Shown here piece after piece: positions 14,375 to 16,323 of a DNA stretch of 16,323 nt; position 1 is the first letter of the stretch, and every line of letters begins with the position of its first letter. The notes beneath the pieces were generated by a model. The model saw only the letters and a list, made by a program, of their open reading frames with translations, was not told where the DNA came from and did not search any database. Made by a program: the position numbers and the translations under genes. The stretch covers positions 64,001-80,323 of the IMG/VR virus record IMGVR_UViG_3300033121_000168. One strand, written 5' to 3'. Source of the DNA: a virus (taxonomy: Duplodnaviria > Heunggongvirae > Uroviricota > Caudoviricetes).

Positions 14375-14881
14375 ATGCGACTGGACTATACTGCAGTAGA
14401 TTGGGGGAGCATATTTGAAATAGAATATAATCCGTTCAAATTGAAATTTAAAGATGGAGTTAAATCAACTAAATTTGATAGTTCATCTGGTTATTTAAGG
14501 TATAAATATAAATCAAAAAGATATCTAGTACATAGGATTGTGTTTTTGTTGAAAAATGGTAGACTTTCAAGTGATTCGATCATTGACCACATTGACGGCA
14601 ACTCTCTAAATAATGACCCTGAAAACCTGAGAGAAGTTGATAACATATTGAATATGAGAAATTCAAAGTTGTCATCTAAAAATAAGACAGGAAAGTGCGG
14701 GGTTTACAAACAAACAACAAAAGGGTTTACTTATTTTGTTGTACAATGGAATAGTACGAAAAGATTCAGAAAACTTTTCAGATATGACAGTTGTAATGAG
14801 CAAGAGGTCTTTAATACAGCTTGCTCTTTTCGTGATGAGATAATTAAAACTCTCGGATACACAGAAAGGCATGGTAAATAA
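14375..14881 (+). CDS. HNH homing endonuclease with AP2-like C-terminal region
   Basis: VHRIVF, IIDHIDGNSLNNDPENLR, NKTGKCGVY. Confidence 0.92.
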   Translation: MRLDYTAVDWGSIFEIEYNPFKLKFKDGVKSTKFDSSSGYLRYKYKSKRYLVHRIVFLLKNGRLSSDSIIDHIDGNSLNNDPENLREVDNILNMRNSKLSSKNKTGKCGVYKQTTKGFTYFVVQWNSTKRFRKLFRYDSCNEQEVFNTACSFRDEIIKTLGYTERHGK

Positions 14882-15828
14882 TGACACACAACTTAACTTC
14901 TCGTAAAAACGGCTTCATTGAATTTGCTTTCACAGGTTTACGCAATAGCATTTGGCACCGACTCGGAAATAATTTGTCAGAGGATGCACCTATTGAACAA
15001 TGGGTTAAGGAGGCCGGTATGGACTGGCAGATTTATGAAAGTACCATGCGATATCAAACTCCAGATGGAATTACTGCAGATCCAAGTCGAAAGGTTTTGT
15101 ATCGTTCTGATGGATATGATGTTTTGGGTGTAGTTTCTGATGAATATCATGTAGTGCAGCCTAAAGAAGTTCTTGAATTCTTCCGTGAATTTACTGAACT
15201 GAATAAAATGAAACTCTCAGCAGCAGGTACTTTGTTTGGTGGTAAGCGTTTCTGGGCTATTGCTGAACTGGATAAGTTTGCTGAAATTGTTCCAGGCGAT
15301 AATATCAAAGGTCATTTGTTGCTGGTAACTTCTGCAGATGGTACTCTTAGTACTCAAGCAAAGTTCACAAGTACTCGTGTTGTTTGTAATAATACTCTGG
15401 CAGTAGCTTTGAATGAAAAAGGTAAGGTTGTGCGTAAGACACATGCTAGTGAGTTTGATGCTCGTGAATTCAAGGTTGATTTGGGTTTGATTGATTCAGG
15501 TTGGTCTAATTTCATTGAAAATCTGAAGAAGCTTGCTGAACAAAAAGTAACTGATGATTTTGCTAAGGAATTTTTTGCAAAGTTGACAGCACCAAAAGGT
15601 AAGACTACAATTGGTCAAGAACGAAATATTGACGCATTGATGCACTTCTACAGCAAGGGTGCAGGTTCTGAAATGCATTATGGTACTAAGTGGGGTTTGC
15701 TGAATGCTGTGACAGAAATGCAAACTCATGGTACATTCCGAACTGCTCGTGATCGTCAATTCGATAAGTCAGAATTCGGTGAAGGTGACAAGTTGAAGAC
15801 TAAGGCTTATCACGAACTTGTTGCTTAA
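14881..15828 (+). CDS. DUF932 family phage/plasmid protein (TIGR03299-like)
   Basis: WHRLG, GMDW, LGVVSDEYHVVQP, AGTLFGGKRFW, STRVVCNNTL, GTKWGLLNAVTE. Confidence 0.9.
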   Translation: MTHNLTSRKNGFIEFAFTGLRNSIWHRLGNNLSEDAPIEQWVKEAGMDWQIYESTMRYQTPDGITADPSRKVLYRSDGYDVLGVVSDEYHVVQPKEVLEFFREFTELNKMKLSAAGTLFGGKRFWAIAELDKFAEIVPGDNIKGHLLLVTSADGTLSTQAKFTSTRVVCNNTLAVALNEKGKVVRKTHASEFDAREFKVDLGLIDSGWSNFIENLKKLAEQKVTDDFAKEFFAKLTAPKGKTTIGQERNIDALMHFYSKGAGSEMHYGTKWGLLNAVTEMQTHGTFRTARDRQFDKSEFGEGDKLKTKAYHELVA

Positions 15829-15835
15829 AAACAAC

Positions 15836-15865
15836 TTGACTAGGATAAGAGATCAAGAATACAAT
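15836..15865 (+). promoter_or_regulatory. Candidate sigma70 promoter facing the convergent HNH gene
   Basis: TTGACT (15836-15841), 18 bp, TACAAT (15860-15865). Confidence 0.5.
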
Positions 15866-15881
15866 CAAGATCTCTTATTCT
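15842..15881. terminator. Hairpin between convergent genes
   Basis: ATAAGAGATC (15845-15854) / GATCTCTTAT (15869-15878), extendable by 3 pairs; no clear U-tract. Confidence 0.5.
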
Positions 15882-16296
15882 TAGCTCTATATGTTGGAGT
15901 CAAAGCATGACAATTTGGACAGAGTAATCGCAAATTGGATTCAAGATTATCAAAAGGATTTCCATTTATATGATCTAGTTCTAAAGGGATAGGATTTCCC
16001 AACCATGTGGTTAGAAAACAACTAGAACACTCATGTTTCCAATTTTTCTCTACCATTAACCTCTTTTTAAGTTTTGATGATTGATATCCTGGATGCTTTC
16101 CTGATAGAATCTCATCTAACTCAAATTTTGGTCTAGGTTTTTTACAACCCTTTCCTGATTGATTAGTATTCCAAAGTCCATGCTCTTTACAGTACTTCTT
16201 AAACGTCTTAAAATTTATTGGAAGTTTTGAAGCTGCCTCAGCCATTGACTTAGATGTATTTACTGCTATAATTAATTCTTCGATTGAAACTTTCAT
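15865..16296 (-). CDS. HNH endonuclease
   Basis: AGGAG RBS; CSSC, LELDHINGNPFDNLESNLRLLCPNCHALT. Confidence 0.92.
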   Translation of the reverse strand: MKVSIEELIIAVNTSKSMAEAASKLPINFKTFKKYCKEHGLWNTNQSGKGCKKPRPKFELDEILSGKHPGYQSSKLKKRLMVEKNWKHECSSCFLTTWLGNPIPLELDHINGNPFDNLESNLRLLCPNCHALTPTYRAKNKRS

Positions 16297-16323
16297 ATGA
16301 TCTCCTAATTAGAAAAACGCGAG

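Noticed and set aside
16300-16323. Minus-strand CTCGCG-TTTTT upstream of the last HNH, possibly the end of a terminator or tRNA
   Set aside because: Truncated by the window edge; no pairing partner or CCA visible
1-16323. CRISPR array, IS element, integrase or self-splicing intron
   Set aside because: No spaced direct repeats, transposase or integrase motifs, and no HNH lies inside an interrupted gene

Overview
AT-rich (about mid-30s % GC by eye) accessory region of a large lytic tailed phage, probably of a Gram-negative host. The host inference rests on lipobox proteins, sigma70 promoters and a Proteobacteria-like high-GC insert. Four short leftward genes diverge from a back-to-back promoter pair at about 918-977. 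A long rightward run follows. It encodes a chimeric half-phosphatase, two tandem zinc deaminases, a calcineurin-like phosphoesterase, a lipoprotein, an HNH endonuclease, two tRNAs (Arg-UCU and an unusual Ile-UAU with a long variable arm), a SleB-type cell wall hydrolase, an Rnl2-type RNA ligase and DenV. It ends with a coupled 690-aa + 131-aa pair of unknown function, a transglutaminase-like protein, a second HNH and a DUF932 protein. A third, convergent HNH closes the window. There are no structural, replication or integrase genes and no CRISPR array. Family assignments come from motif recognition only; no database search was run.
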